From the NCBI GenBank assembly GCA_038317055.1, contig JBBQBA010000002.1:182967-246966 (forward strand): a DNA stretch of 64,000 bases. The letters are read 5' to 3'. The notes beneath the pieces are model-generated. The model did not search any database, had not been told where the DNA came from, and saw nothing but the letters and a program-made list of their open reading frames with translations. The stretch's first letter is position 1. Each line of letters opens with the position of its first letter. Positions 41,467-51,477 of this stretch are shown one piece after another. The translations under genes were made by a program, and so were the position numbers. This DNA is from Candidatus Saccharimonadales bacterium. Lineage in GTDB: Bacteria > Patescibacteriota > Saccharimonadia > Saccharimonadales > DATKHC01.

Positions 41467-42887
41467 ATCTTATAATTTGGATTTAGCCAATCCGGAATAT
41501 TTTTAGGACCCGAAGAATTGTCATTATAGATTTGTAGATCTTTTGTCTCTCTAGACCAATGATAAAGAATTGGGTCAACTATTTTCCATGACGCTAACAC
41601 TTCTTCGTTAGTTGCAAACAAAGTATGATCGCCTCTTATAGCATCAACCAGAACTCGCTCATATGCATCAGGGCTAGAATCAGCTGAGAAAAACTTACTA
41701 TAGCTAAAGTCCATGTCTACATTCTGAAGCTCATTATCTAGTCCAGGTTTTTTTACTATAAGTTCTATATCTATACCCTCATTTGGCTGAATTCGAAACG
41801 TCAAACTGTTATGCAGTGTTTGTTTCTCGGTTTCATCATTTCTTTTAAATACCACTCGTATTTCAGTTTGTTTTTTATCAAGTGACTTTCCGGTTTTAAT
41901 AACGATCGGTACGCCCATCCAACGAGGATTATTAATAGAAACCTCAATGGCGGCAAAAGTTTCAATATTTGATTTAGGATTATTTACTTCGGTTTTATAA
42001 CTTTGATATTGGCCACGGACAGCTAACTTATTAACTTTATCGGATGGTATTTGAACAACTGAGTTTAGTAGTGCCAACTTAGATTCGTGGATATCATCAC
42101 TCTCAAGAGTGTCTGGTTCTTCCATGGTAATTACTGACATAAGTTGCAACAAGTGACTTTGAACTAGATCTCTAAGCGCACCTGTTTGTTCATAGAATAT
42201 AGATCTGCCTTCAATCCCAATTGTCTCGGTAGCAGTTATATCAATTCGTGAGATATGATTGCTATTCCACAGTGATTCAAAAATAGCATTATTAAATCTA
42301 AAGTTAAGAATATTTTGAACGGTTTCTTTTGCTAGATAATGATCGATTCTGAATATTTGTTCTTCTTTGAAATGTTCTGTGGTTTCGGTTATTAATTTTT
42401 CAGCAGATTTAAGATCATAACCAAACGGTTTTTCAATAAGTAATCTTGAATCTGCATCATTATGCTGACATTTTCTATTTAATCCATTTTCTCCCAGAAA
42501 TCTAACTATCGGTCCAAAAACTTGTGGTGGGATAGACAAATAAAAAAGTCTATTCATGCACATGCCTTTGTCTTCTTCCATTTTATTCAGTTTTTCTAAT
42601 AGAGCCTTATACTCGCTTGATTCAGTTACGTTCATTGTTTGAACTTCAAATCGATCTTTCAAAAACTCAATGGCTGATTCATCATATTCTGGATAACCAG
42701 ATATTAAATCAGCAAGCATATCTTGAGTTGAAATATTTTGTCTAGTTATTCCGACTATAACTGTATTGTCGTCAAGTAGGTTTGCTTTAATTAAGCGGTA
42801 AAGTGCAGGAAATAGTTTTCGTTTTACTAGATCTCCAGTTACACCGAATATTACTATGATTGCAGGGTCAGGTTTGTTTGTTTTCAT
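41463..42887 (-). CDS. zwf: Glucose-6-phosphate 1-dehydrogenase
   Basis: NADP-binding FGVTGDLVKRKLFPALY and substrate motif RIDHYLAKE. Confidence 0.85.
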   Translation of the reverse strand: MKTNKPDPAIIVIFGVTGDLVKRKLFPALYRLIKANLLDDNTVIVGITRQNISTQDMLADLISGYPEYDESAIEFLKDRFEVQTMNVTESSEYKALLEKLNKMEEDKGMCMNRLFYLSIPPQVFGPIVRFLGENGLNRKCQHNDADSRLLIEKPFGYDLKSAEKLITETTEHFKEEQIFRIDHYLAKETVQNILNFRFNNAIFESLWNSNHISRIDITATETIGIEGRSIFYEQTGALRDLVQSHLLQLMSVITMEEPDTLESDDIHESKLALLNSVVQIPSDKVNKLAVRGQYQSYKTEVNNPKSNIETFAAIEVSINNPRWMGVPIVIKTGKSLDKKQTEIRVVFKRNDETEKQTLHNSLTFRIQPNEGIDIELIVKKPGLDNELQNVDMDFSYSKFFSADSSPDAYERVLVDAIRGDHTLFATNEEVLASWKIVDPILYHWSRETKDLQIYNDNSSGPKNIPDWLNPNYKI

Positions 42888-43789
42888 TTTGGGTTTTCTA
42901 CGTGACCGCCAAATTTATTTCGAAGAACTGCAAGAAGCTTTGTAGCATATGACACTTTTCCATTTTGAGATTGAATCCTTACATCAAAAGCTGCTTGGGT
43001 TACTGGCATTTCGATATTTAGCTCTTTAGCGGATTCGAGTGTCCATCGAGTTTCTCCTGATTCAGATACCACACCTTCGACTCCATCAAGATTAGGATTT
43101 TCAGCAAGGGCTTGTTGAGCTAATCCATTTAGACTAGATTCAATAATACTGCCATGCTGCCAAACTTCAGCTACTTTGGCTAAGTTTAGTTCTTTATACG
43201 GACCTTCTTTTAGGAGATGATAGCCTTCGGCCAAACTTTCCATTACTCCATATTCAATTGCATTATGGACCATCTTAACAAAGTGTCCGGTTCCACCAGG
43301 ACCAAAGTAGTTATACGAACCGGATGGTTTAGACAAAAGTTCAAGTACTGGTTTTATATTTTCATATCCTTCATTTGATCCACCGACCATCAATGAAAAA
43401 CCATTAGCTGCACCTAATATTCCACCACTTGTTCCAACGTCGACAAAATTAATATTTTTCGGAATAAGTTGCTCAGCACGTTTTTGGCTTTCTCGGTAAT
43501 CAGAGTTTCCGCCATCAATAAGAGTGCTTCCTTTAGGAAGTAATAGTTCCCACGCTGATATTTCTGATTCGACAAACTGAGCGGGGATCATTAACCATAT
43601 AACTGCTGGCTCACCACTAAATTTTGCTACAACATCTTCTCTCGAGCTAGCTCCAATCGCTCCTTTTGCAGCCGCAGCATCAATAGTCAAATTTGATTGG
43701 TCATAGGCAACAACTTCGATACCTCCAGCTACAAGCTTTTCTACAATTTGAAAGCCCATCTTTCCTAATCCTATAATTGCTATCTTCAT
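42884..43789 (-). CDS. gnd: 6-phosphogluconate dehydrogenase, decarboxylating (short-form, about 300 aa)
   Basis: Rossmann MKIAIIGLGKMGFQIVEKL. Overlaps zwf and pgl by 4 nt each. Confidence 0.8.
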   Translation of the reverse strand: MKIAIIGLGKMGFQIVEKLVAGGIEVVAYDQSNLTIDAAAAKGAIGASSREDVVAKFSGEPAVIWLMIPAQFVESEISAWELLLPKGSTLIDGGNSDYRESQKRAEQLIPKNINFVDVGTSGGILGAANGFSLMVGGSNEGYENIKPVLELLSKPSGSYNYFGPGGTGHFVKMVHNAIEYGVMESLAEGYHLLKEGPYKELNLAKVAEVWQHGSIIESSLNGLAQQALAENPNLDGVEGVVSESGETRWTLESAKELNIEMPVTQAAFDVRIQSQNGKVSYATKLLAVLRNKFGGHVENPK

Positions 43790-44463
43790 TTTTGATCTCC
43801 GATCATACCATTAATTATATATGCGTCTGATACTTGCTTAAATATTTGAGCTGGTTGCTCTGCTAATGATAAATCTTTATCGTGTAGGGCGGTTATCGCA
43901 GTCTCTTTATTTGCTCCAAAAGCAAAAATTAGTGCCATTGAAATTTTCTTAATTCCTTCAAATGACAGAGTTATTCGATTAAAATCTGGGGCGTCATATC
44001 CAACAACTAATTCCTGTGTTGGCTCAGTAGCAAAAGAATGTGGCAAAATTCCAGCCGTATGTCCATCAGCTCCAATTCCAAATTGTCCTATTATAAAATC
44101 TGATTCAGAAAATACCTTTTGAACACAGTTATTATATGTTTCGACAGTTTCAACTTGGTCTTGGTTATCCGATTTTATTACTGGGTAATTTTTAACCTTA
44201 TTAAAATCAATGCCGGCTTGTTGTAACTGATAATAATTTGAATCACGGTGGCCTAAAGATCCAAAACGCTCATCAACCAACATAATAGTTAGCTTTAAAA
44301 GTGCAGCTGAATTAAATTTATTAAATATACTAGCTGCAAGCTGAATATTGCTTCCACCTGATATTAACCAAGTTACTTTTTTGTATTTGGCTAGTGCAGA
44401 TTGAATATCATCAAACAGTATTTTCTCGGCTTGATCAATAGTGTTAACTTTAACGAAATGCAT
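43786..44463 (-). CDS. pgl: 6-phosphogluconolactonase (NagB/Pgl family)
   Basis: WLISGGSNI and the NagB/Pgl fold length. First gene of the pgl-gnd-zwf operon. Confidence 0.65.
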   Translation of the reverse strand: MHFVKVNTIDQAEKILFDDIQSALAKYKKVTWLISGGSNIQLAASIFNKFNSAALLKLTIMLVDERFGSLGHRDSNYYQLQQAGIDFNKVKNYPVIKSDNQDQVETVETYNNCVQKVFSESDFIIGQFGIGADGHTAGILPHSFATEPTQELVVGYDAPDFNRITLSFEGIKKISMALIFAFGANKETAITALHDKDLSLAEQPAQIFKQVSDAYIINGMIGDQK

Positions 44464-44569
44464 AGGCTTACTATACTTTATATATAGCTAAATAATAAGA
44501 TAAAGCCTATGTTTGACAACTACTTTGATTAAGCTACTATTATACAATCATCACAAAACTTAGGGAGCA

Positions 44570-45328
44570 TTGATGCGAAAACTATTCCGTAACCAAGATG
44601 GTTTAAGTCGACCTATAATAATTTTAGTAATAGTAGTGTTGCTTGTAATAATCGGAGCAGCAATTAGCCAATCAAATAAGAAAGACAATAAGACAAACAC
44701 ACAATCTAATACATCAACAACGACGGCTGTAGTGCCAATCTCTAGCGCATGTTCAAAAAACTATAACGATGACAATCTTTGCCGTTTTGCTAACTATACT
44801 GATTTAGCTAACCATCAATATATTGCGACCGGTTCAGCAATAGCATCTAGCGGTGCAAAGACTTCATTTATAATCGAAAACGATGGCAAAGGTAATTCAA
44901 AGTTAGTTTTTGGTGTAAATGGTAAACAACTTTCTCAAATAACCCTAAACGGCTACGTGTATATTCAAACCGGCGTTAATACAACCTGGCAAGAATATCC
45001 AGCAAGCAGTGCAGGCGCAGCAGCCATCAAAAATCCAGCCAATGGATTTAGTTTAAATTTTAATACTAGTACACCAGCTGATGTTAGCGTTGAAAAAATG
45101 GGAATTACTAGTTGTGGGACAAAAACAAAATCGACCTGCTATAAATATAAGGTAGTAGAAACTTCTGCACCAGGTACGTTGCAGTATATTTTATTTGATA
45201 CTCATACTTATCTTCTTAGACAATGGAGCGCAATTAATAGCACCACAAAAGAACAAATTGAAATAAACTTTAGCTATATTGGCATACCTATAACAAAGCC
45301 ATCACCAGTAAAACAGGCGACAAACTAA
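44570..45328 (+). CDS. Hypothetical secreted or membrane-anchored protein
   Basis: N-terminal TM or signal peptide IIILVIVVLLVIIGAAI, a Thr-rich linker and Cys pairs. Confidence 0.45.
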   Translation: MMRKLFRNQDGLSRPIIILVIVVLLVIIGAAISQSNKKDNKTNTQSNTSTTTAVVPISSACSKNYNDDNLCRFANYTDLANHQYIATGSAIASSGAKTSFIIENDGKGNSKLVFGVNGKQLSQITLNGYVYIQTGVNTTWQEYPASSAGAAAIKNPANGFSLNFNTSTPADVSVEKMGITSCGTKTKSTCYKYKVVETSAPGTLQYILFDTHTYLLRQWSAINSTTKEQIEINFSYIGIPITKPSPVKQATN

Positions 45329-45354
45329 ACACAAACACAATATTTTATGTTAAT

Positions 45355-46467
45355 TTATTGTTTATGTAGATTAGGTGGTTGAATCACTGTACCTCTAAAA
45401 CAACTGAGTGAGTAAGGGAAATCTTCTGTCATAACATAGTGATACATATTGAGTGTTTTTCCGTCCAAATTTATTTCACTTGTGATGCCATGACAAACAT
45501 CTAGATCACTTGTAGTTAATATATTATTTGTGCCAACGTCGGGTCCAGTGATCGGGAAACCATCAAGCGCATAACCAATTACCGTATGAACACTAACGTC
45601 TTTTATACAAGAACTAAGAGTGTGGTAATGATATTCTTTGTCCATATCCGGGTGTCCATCACAGGAGTCTTGGACTTCCCAAGCACCAGCATCACGTCCA
45701 CCAGCATCAAAAGCATTAAATAATGCAACTCCGGTTAACATTACTCCTGATTCGCCACCCATACATTGTGGAGTTCCATAAGTTGGTGTTGAAGAAAGCG
45801 CATAAGTTAGACTTTGTGCCTGAATACTATTTGGATTGCGATCATAAGCATAGGCAGGGTCAGAACTAGCAATTGGAAATATACCTGTAGGATTGTTAGG
45901 CAAGTCATTTGTAATTATTGTTCTGGTTGTGCCAGTTAAAGTGTTCGTGAAACTAGCTTGCCATACTACGCTACCATGCACTTGAACCTTTTTCGTAATA
46001 TCATACTCCGTATTATTATTTGTAAACCAAGGACCGCGCGTAAAAGCACCGCCTCCTTGGCTACCGCTTAAGTTCTGGGCATAAGTTGGACATGTAAAAA
46101 CTGACCCAACTTGAGCAGTAGAAGTGGAATATTTACCATCACCAACTGGAAGTAATCCATTTATATATTTATTTCCGTAATTTTTATTAAAGTTCAGCTG
46201 TAGCCCTTGAACCGGAGTTGATGTTGTGAGCGACTTTGTAGTCTTTATAACAGTTACCGTAGAAGCTGTTTTATTAGTTGTTCTATGAAATATTAATACG
46301 ATTGAAGTTACAACAATAATAATCAAAAACAGTGCAACCGGTATTATTAGTTCCTTTTTATGTGATTTTTTAGATGGTTCTGGTGATAGCAGAGCAGGTG
46401 GGGTTAGTGATTCAGTCGTAGGAACAGGATTTTGAGTAGGAATGGGTTCTTGCTTATCTTTATCCAT
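45355..46467 (-). CDS. YHYH domain-containing membrane-anchored protein
   Basis: Literal YHYHT motif (DKEYHYHTLSSC). N-terminal TM. Thr-rich linker. Confidence 0.5.
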   Translation of the reverse strand: MDKDKQEPIPTQNPVPTTESLTPPALLSPEPSKKSHKKELIIPVALFLIIIVVTSIVLIFHRTTNKTASTVTVIKTTKSLTTSTPVQGLQLNFNKNYGNKYINGLLPVGDGKYSTSTAQVGSVFTCPTYAQNLSGSQGGGAFTRGPWFTNNNTEYDITKKVQVHGSVVWQASFTNTLTGTTRTIITNDLPNNPTGIFPIASSDPAYAYDRNPNSIQAQSLTYALSSTPTYGTPQCMGGESGVMLTGVALFNAFDAGGRDAGAWEVQDSCDGHPDMDKEYHYHTLSSCIKDVSVHTVIGYALDGFPITGPDVGTNNILTTSDLDVCHGITSEINLDGKTLNMYHYVMTEDFPYSLSCFRGTVIQPPNLHKQ

Positions 46468-46549
46468 TTGCCTAGTATTATACTTTAAATAATTTAGTTA
46501 TAAGTATGAAATTGCAGTTTAATACGTTTATACTTATATATGTCATATT

Positions 46550-47776
46550 ATGAGACAATCCAAATCTAGCAAAAAACATTCTCACAGAGTACGACATACT
46601 ACATCGGTTGTTTTGGTGTTATTAATAATTTCCTATGTGATAACTATATTGCTTCTTCCCCTAAAACCGATTTATGCGACAAATCTTGCAAGCCCAGTTA
46701 CTGCCAGTGGTCAATTAAGTGTGGTTTGGCCAAATAGCAAACAAGCATCAATCGGAGTACTTGGTTCTGGAACTTTAATATCTAATGGTTCGCAGTTACC
46801 GACTCCAACTGCTAGTATCGCTAAAGTAGTGACTGCACTTACTGTCCTTAAAAAATATCCATTAACCGTCGGACAACAAGGACCCACTATTACAATAAAC
46901 TCTAGTGATGTGGCTGATTACAATAGTTTTGTAGCTCAAGATGGATCTGTAATAAAAGTAGTAGCTGGTGAACAAATTACCGAATACCAAGCACTTCAAG
47001 CAATGTTACTTCCTTCTGCTAATAATATGGCAGATACACTAGCTATTTGGGCATATGGATCAACAGCAAATTATATTGTTGCGGCTAATGCATATGTAAA
47101 ATCATTAAACATGTCAACGACGATAATTTCTGATCCAAGTGGCTTTTCTCCAAACACAGTTAGTACCTCAGCTGATTTAATTAAGCTAGGTGAAGCTGCC
47201 TTAAGTAATCAAGTTGTAGCCCAAATTGTTGATCAAACCAGCGCAATTCTACCGGTAGCTGGGATTGTTAAAAATGTAGATTTTTATTTGGGTGTAGATA
47301 GTCTTATCGGTATTAAAACCGGCAATACTGATCAAGCAGGTGGTTGCTTTTTATCAGCAGCTAAATATGATCTGGGTGGTGGCAATTCTATAACTGTAAT
47401 TGGAGCAGTAATGAATGCACCTAATCTGCACCAGGCTTTAATTCAAACTATTCCAATGCTTAGATCAGTTAAAAATCAAATAGTCTTAAAGACTCTGCCA
47501 GCAGAAACAGCAATAAGTACCTACAAATTACCTTGGGGTGAATCAATTAATTCTGTAACAAAATCTTCAATTGCAATTCCGTATTTACCACAATTACCAA
47601 TTAGTTATTCAAATATTTCAAATAAAGTTATTCCACCTAAAAACATCGATACACAAGTAGGCAGCGTTTCGCTTGGTGTTGGAAATGACAAAAACCGAAC
47701 AGCACTAGTTTTAAACCAAAATATTACTAAACCTTCAATATTCTGGAGATTAACTCATCCACAGTACTTTATTTAG
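46550..47776 (+). CDS. D-alanyl-D-alanine carboxypeptidase (peptidase S11, PBP5/DacA-like)
   Basis: SxxK in TASIAKVV, SxN in PSANNMA and KTG in IKTGNT. N-terminal TM. Confidence 0.7.
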   Translation: MRQSKSSKKHSHRVRHTTSVVLVLLIISYVITILLLPLKPIYATNLASPVTASGQLSVVWPNSKQASIGVLGSGTLISNGSQLPTPTASIAKVVTALTVLKKYPLTVGQQGPTITINSSDVADYNSFVAQDGSVIKVVAGEQITEYQALQAMLLPSANNMADTLAIWAYGSTANYIVAANAYVKSLNMSTTIISDPSGFSPNTVSTSADLIKLGEAALSNQVVAQIVDQTSAILPVAGIVKNVDFYLGVDSLIGIKTGNTDQAGGCFLSAAKYDLGGGNSITVIGAVMNAPNLHQALIQTIPMLRSVKNQIVLKTLPAETAISTYKLPWGESINSVTKSSIAIPYLPQLPISYSNISNKVIPPKNIDTQVGSVSLGVGNDKNRTALVLNQNITKPSIFWRLTHPQYFI

Positions 47777-47788
47777 TTATTCTTTAAT

Positions 47789-48718
47789 TCACTCGTTTAG
47801 TAGCAGTACTTCTCGAGCGTCAGTATTTTCGATACCTTTAGGATCTATACCTCTATCAATTAAATCGATTGCATATCTAGTAATATAGTTACCCCAAGCA
47901 AATAATACGTCATCAATTGCCGTACGTTCACTTTGACGTAACTTTATAAGTCCATTAGCTGCTAGTTCGTGGTCTTTATAGAAGCCAGATCCAACAGGTT
48001 CTTCACCACTGGTTTCAAGATGTCCATGATCCTCAAGAAACTGAACTTGTTCTGGAGTTGCAAAAAAAGAAGTTCTTGCAACCGGACAGCCGACGCTAGT
48101 TTTACGATCAATTCTAGCTCTAAGCTCTCTTTTAGCTGTTTCGTCTAAAACAAACTTGAATAGTCCTGTTTCTTTGTCTCTTAGTGAAACGATTATGTCG
48201 TCCTCCAGTTCTAATTCTTTTGATAGTTTTGGAATCCCTCCTGTCGGATGACGTAAGGCTGGAGCAAGTTCTCCTTGTCCCGTAAGTGCCATACTGTTCA
48301 TAAGATCACCGAACCATTCAGTTTGAAATAATTTACCATAATCCATTAAGCTAAGAGGCTCAGATATGGCATTAAAGTGTAGTAGTATATTTGAAATATG
48401 ATTACCCACACTACCAGCAATTAACGATGTAAAGTTTCTGTCACCAAATCCTTGATAGAAAATACCTCGTTCATACCAAATACCATTAATCCCACTCTCT
48501 TGTGCCGCATCACTAGCTTGATCCTGAGAATATTCTAATTCATCGCGTACATAGATAGACTCGGCTAGGGCTTTTGGGTCAAGTATAGCTATAGGAGGGA
48601 AATCTAGGTAAACAATATCGGGTATGATTGTTTCGCGGGCGTGCTTTGAAAAGACGGCTGGCGATATACTTCTGTGTATGTCTTTTCTTGTTTCTGTGAC
48701 GTCCATTACTTCTGACAT
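47789..48718 (-). CDS. Hypothetical protein (309 aa), downstream partner of the HsdR_N-like gene
   Basis: No recognisable family. It starts 39 nt after the upstream gene's stop. Confidence 0.4.
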   Translation of the reverse strand: MSEVMDVTETRKDIHRSISPAVFSKHARETIIPDIVYLDFPPIAILDPKALAESIYVRDELEYSQDQASDAAQESGINGIWYERGIFYQGFGDRNFTSLIAGSVGNHISNILLHFNAISEPLSLMDYGKLFQTEWFGDLMNSMALTGQGELAPALRHPTGGIPKLSKELELEDDIIVSLRDKETGLFKFVLDETAKRELRARIDRKTSVGCPVARTSFFATPEQVQFLEDHGHLETSGEEPVGSGFYKDHELAANGLIKLRQSERTAIDDVLFAWGNYITRYAIDLIDRGIDPKGIENTDAREVLLLNE

Positions 48719-48757
48719 AATCAGTTATTATAACATTTTCTTTAGCTTTTTACAATT

Positions 48758-49282
48758 CTAAATCGTAATTATTTCGTCATGTTTTTTAGCAAAATACTCT
48801 AAATCGCCTCTATTTACCGATTTTTTAGTTAAATATGAGGTTAAATAGCCAGTGTTTGAGTTATTTTTCTTAAAATCTATAGAAAATATCTTTTTAATAT
48901 TTAGTGGTTTTGTATATTTTATTTTATATAGTTCTAAGCTTCGAGCATTTGTCAGTATAATCCAGTCTGCACCGACTGTTGCACCGTAGTAAATAGCCTG
49001 CCTAAGGTGTTTGTTAGATAGCTGGGTTCTAATTGATTTAGCTTCTATAACGATAGATTTTCGGTTATTTAGGATTATTAAGTAATCTATGTAACCACCC
49101 ATGATAGGAAATTCGGTTTTGATATCAATTAACTCTCTATAGCCCAACACATCACTAAGTAAGTGGTTAATAATTATCCTGGTAGCTGATTCGTCTAAAT
49201 TTTCTAAATGTTTATTTAAATAAGTTGTTCTGTAGCGGTGTAGGGCGTTATTTAGCTTACTGTCTTTTAGGACTTTCTGCAT
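48758..49282 (-). CDS. Type I restriction enzyme HsdR N-terminal domain-like PD-(D/E)xK nuclease-fold protein (standalone)
   Basis: GGYIDYLIILNNRKSIVIEAKS carries a D...EAK catalytic triad pattern. LRQAIYYGATVGADWIILTNARSLELY matches the HsdR_N family profile (Qa..Y...a.w.ilTNG..w.ly). Confidence 0.55.
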   Translation of the reverse strand: MQKVLKDSKLNNALHRYRTTYLNKHLENLDESATRIIINHLLSDVLGYRELIDIKTEFPIMGGYIDYLIILNNRKSIVIEAKSIRTQLSNKHLRQAIYYGATVGADWIILTNARSLELYKIKYTKPLNIKKIFSIDFKKNNSNTGYLTSYLTKKSVNRGDLEYFAKKHDEIITI

Positions 49283-49438
49283 ATTTTGCTCGTTTACCGA
49301 CCATTAACTAGGTCTAAAAAGTTATACTACCATGTTTTTTAGTTTATTGCAAACCCTTTATGTTTAGATATACTTATTTGGCTTCACTAAACACTAGCAA
49401 TATTGATGTTTTTACTCAATAATGTAATACTTTAGTTA

Positions 49439-50017
49439 ATGGAAGATGGAAATAAAAGTGGGGGCGCTCCAGTTAATAGTTCTGAGCCTAATAAGTCAGT
49501 TTCTAGTGGTAAATCTAATAAGAATCTGTCTCTAATAATTATTGGAGTTATCTTAGTATTAGTAATAGCTGGTGGAGCTTATGCCTATCATGCATCTAAA
49601 CATAAGACAACAACCAGCACAGTCGCTTCAGGCGCACCAACTGGAAAAACTTTCAAACCGATTACGTCTGGTCCAAAAATTGTCAAAACACCGGTTACAA
49701 CCACAACAAGTTGTGGTGCTGATCCATCATGTTTTAACACCAGCTTTAAAGACTGTACTCCAGCTACACTAACATCAAGTATTTCAAATATTGCAGTTAA
49801 GTATCAGATACTCGGCCCACAGGGTGGAGGTTGCAGTATGTCATTTGTTTATACGAAAGCTAGTCAAGCCACCTGGCTTAATCAACCAATGACCTGTAAT
49901 TTTGATAATAAGCAAAGCCTACAAGCATCAGTAACAGCAGCATTCACAGATCTGTCAAAAGGCAACAATACATACTCTTGTGTTGGTCCTTTTGTAGCGG
50001 TACTTCAGCACCCATAA
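49439..50017 (+). CDS. Hypothetical secreted Cys-rich protein
   Basis: TM or signal peptide LSLIIIGVILVLVIAGGAYAY followed by a Thr-rich linker. Seven Cys in the C-terminal domain. Confidence 0.45.
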   Translation: MEDGNKSGGAPVNSSEPNKSVSSGKSNKNLSLIIIGVILVLVIAGGAYAYHASKHKTTTSTVASGAPTGKTFKPITSGPKIVKTPVTTTTSCGADPSCFNTSFKDCTPATLTSSISNIAVKYQILGPQGGGCSMSFVYTKASQATWLNQPMTCNFDNKQSLQASVTAAFTDLSKGNNTYSCVGPFVAVLQHP

Positions 50018-50123
50018 TTAAACCATTCACCTCTGTAGCTTACATTGACAATTTTAAATTTTAGTGATAGAGTATATTAATTCGTCAAGCGACGATGTTC
50101 ATTCATTCAAGGAGTTGGTGTAA

Positions 50124-50396
50124 TTGTCAACGGACACAAGGTTCATTAAAAGAGCGATCGCTCTTGAGGCTATTGCGATTGTAGTTCTGCTTGGTGCATT
50201 TATGGCTTCAATTTACTACATTGCATTCATGCATATGCCGATTGAGTGGGGAGTTTGTATGTGTATTGTAGATGTCGGGATAATCATTGTACTTATTTGG
50301 GCAATTTACAGTGAGTTCTCAAGACTCCGTCCACACATCCACACCAAGGTATCAAAGCCACTTATGTTCAAAGGTGACAAAGGTTCCGAAATGTAG
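50124..50396 (+). CDS. Hypothetical small membrane protein
   Basis: 90 aa with two TM helices. Confidence 0.4.
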   Translation: MSTDTRFIKRAIALEAIAIVVLLGAFMASIYYIAFMHMPIEWGVCMCIVDVGIIIVLIWAIYSEFSRLRPHIHTKVSKPLMFKGDKGSEM

Positions 50397-50528
50397 TTAC
50401 TTCAAAACCAGAATGTTTGAATCCCCCTAGCGTAGTCCGTAAAGATTTGATCAATACATGATCAATCCGAAAAAGAGACCTAGCGGGGACATGGCCGTAT
50501 GAAATATATCTTGTAGTCAAGGTGACGT

Positions 50529-50548
50529 TGAACCGCTCGGTTCATTTT
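50529..50548 (+). terminator. Terminator-like hairpin TGAACC-GCTC-GGTTCA followed by TTTT
   Basis: Read directly from the sequence. It lies about 130 nt downstream of the 50396 stop, in the convergent spacer. Confidence 0.3.
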
Positions 50549-50567
50549 CATCAACACAACTATTACT

Positions 50568-51155
50568 TCATACGGCTTTTTTCTTTGGTTTTTTTTCGCG
50601 TTTAAAAACCATCAAATTATTAATTAGCCAGCCCATTCTGTATCCAGCATTCATTAAAATTCTTATATATTCTTCGTCTAGGTTATCTCTTACGAAACCT
50701 TCATTAGTAAAAAAAGTATCCCAATATTCTTTAGGCTGACAATTAATATGTCCGACACCACCTTGACCGGGCTGAGCAGCCGTAAAAAAGATCGTGTCAG
50801 TTGTTTTAGCTATATTATGAATAGAAATCTCGGCATGTTCTGCGTCAATATGTTCCATTACTTCAATACAAAGCGTCAGATCAGCTTTAACTCCGATTGG
50901 AGTTTTAGTTATATCAGCAGTTTTAATCATTTTTCTAGGTATTTTTAATACCTCAGCCGAAACAGCAGAAATAGAAAAGTCCACTCCGGTAACTTTTATG
51001 CCAATGTCTAGATAAGGCTTGAGATATAATCCAGTAGCACTACCTATATCTAGTACAGATTTAGGCTTATATATCCAATTAAGTATATCTGCTAAACGGT
51101 TCGCCTGTTCAGCTTCTTCTTGGTTTATTTGGTCATAGTAATCAAGATCATACAT
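50568..51155 (-). CDS. Class I SAM-dependent methyltransferase
   Basis: Motif I VLDIGSATGLY and acidic motif II VTGVDFS. Confidence 0.65.
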   Translation of the reverse strand: MYDLDYYDQINQEEAEQANRLADILNWIYKPKSVLDIGSATGLYLKPYLDIGIKVTGVDFSISAVSAEVLKIPRKMIKTADITKTPIGVKADLTLCIEVMEHIDAEHAEISIHNIAKTTDTIFFTAAQPGQGGVGHINCQPKEYWDTFFTNEGFVRDNLDEEYIRILMNAGYRMGWLINNLMVFKREKKPKKKAV

Positions 51156-51238
51156 ATGACGAATTATACTATGCTCAAATTATGATATATAAATCTTATC
51201 TATTCTTCGTGTTCAGATGAAGCAGCTTTTGAATGAGG

Positions 51239-51424
51239 TTAAGTACGATCTTCTACTACATAAGCTAAAATTAGTGACAAGAAGAAGAAAACCAAACTTA
51301 AAAGGAAAAACAGAATAAAGCTGTGGCCTTTTCGTTTAGCGACCATAGCTGGCCAAAAAGCGATTATTACCCAAATAACAATGCCTAATAATAAATAAGT
51401 AGTGTGCATAACGTCTCCTAACAC
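51239..51424 (-). CDS. Hypothetical small membrane protein
   Basis: 61 aa with two hydrophobic helices. Weak support. Confidence 0.3.
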   Translation of the reverse strand: MLGDVMHTTYLLLGIVIWVIIAFWPAMVAKRKGHSFILFFLLSLVFFFLSLILAYVVEDRT

Positions 51425-51477
51425 TTATAGTTTACGAACATACTGTCTCACGGCTTTATCTATTAATCAATGACTTC

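Noticed and set aside
50520-50570. tRNA-like T-arm (GGTTCAA) on the minus strand
   Set aside because: The flanking sequence cannot form an acceptor or T stem (AGCGG against TCACC), and no CCA end or anticodon arm is present. It is better explained as a plus-strand terminator hairpin.
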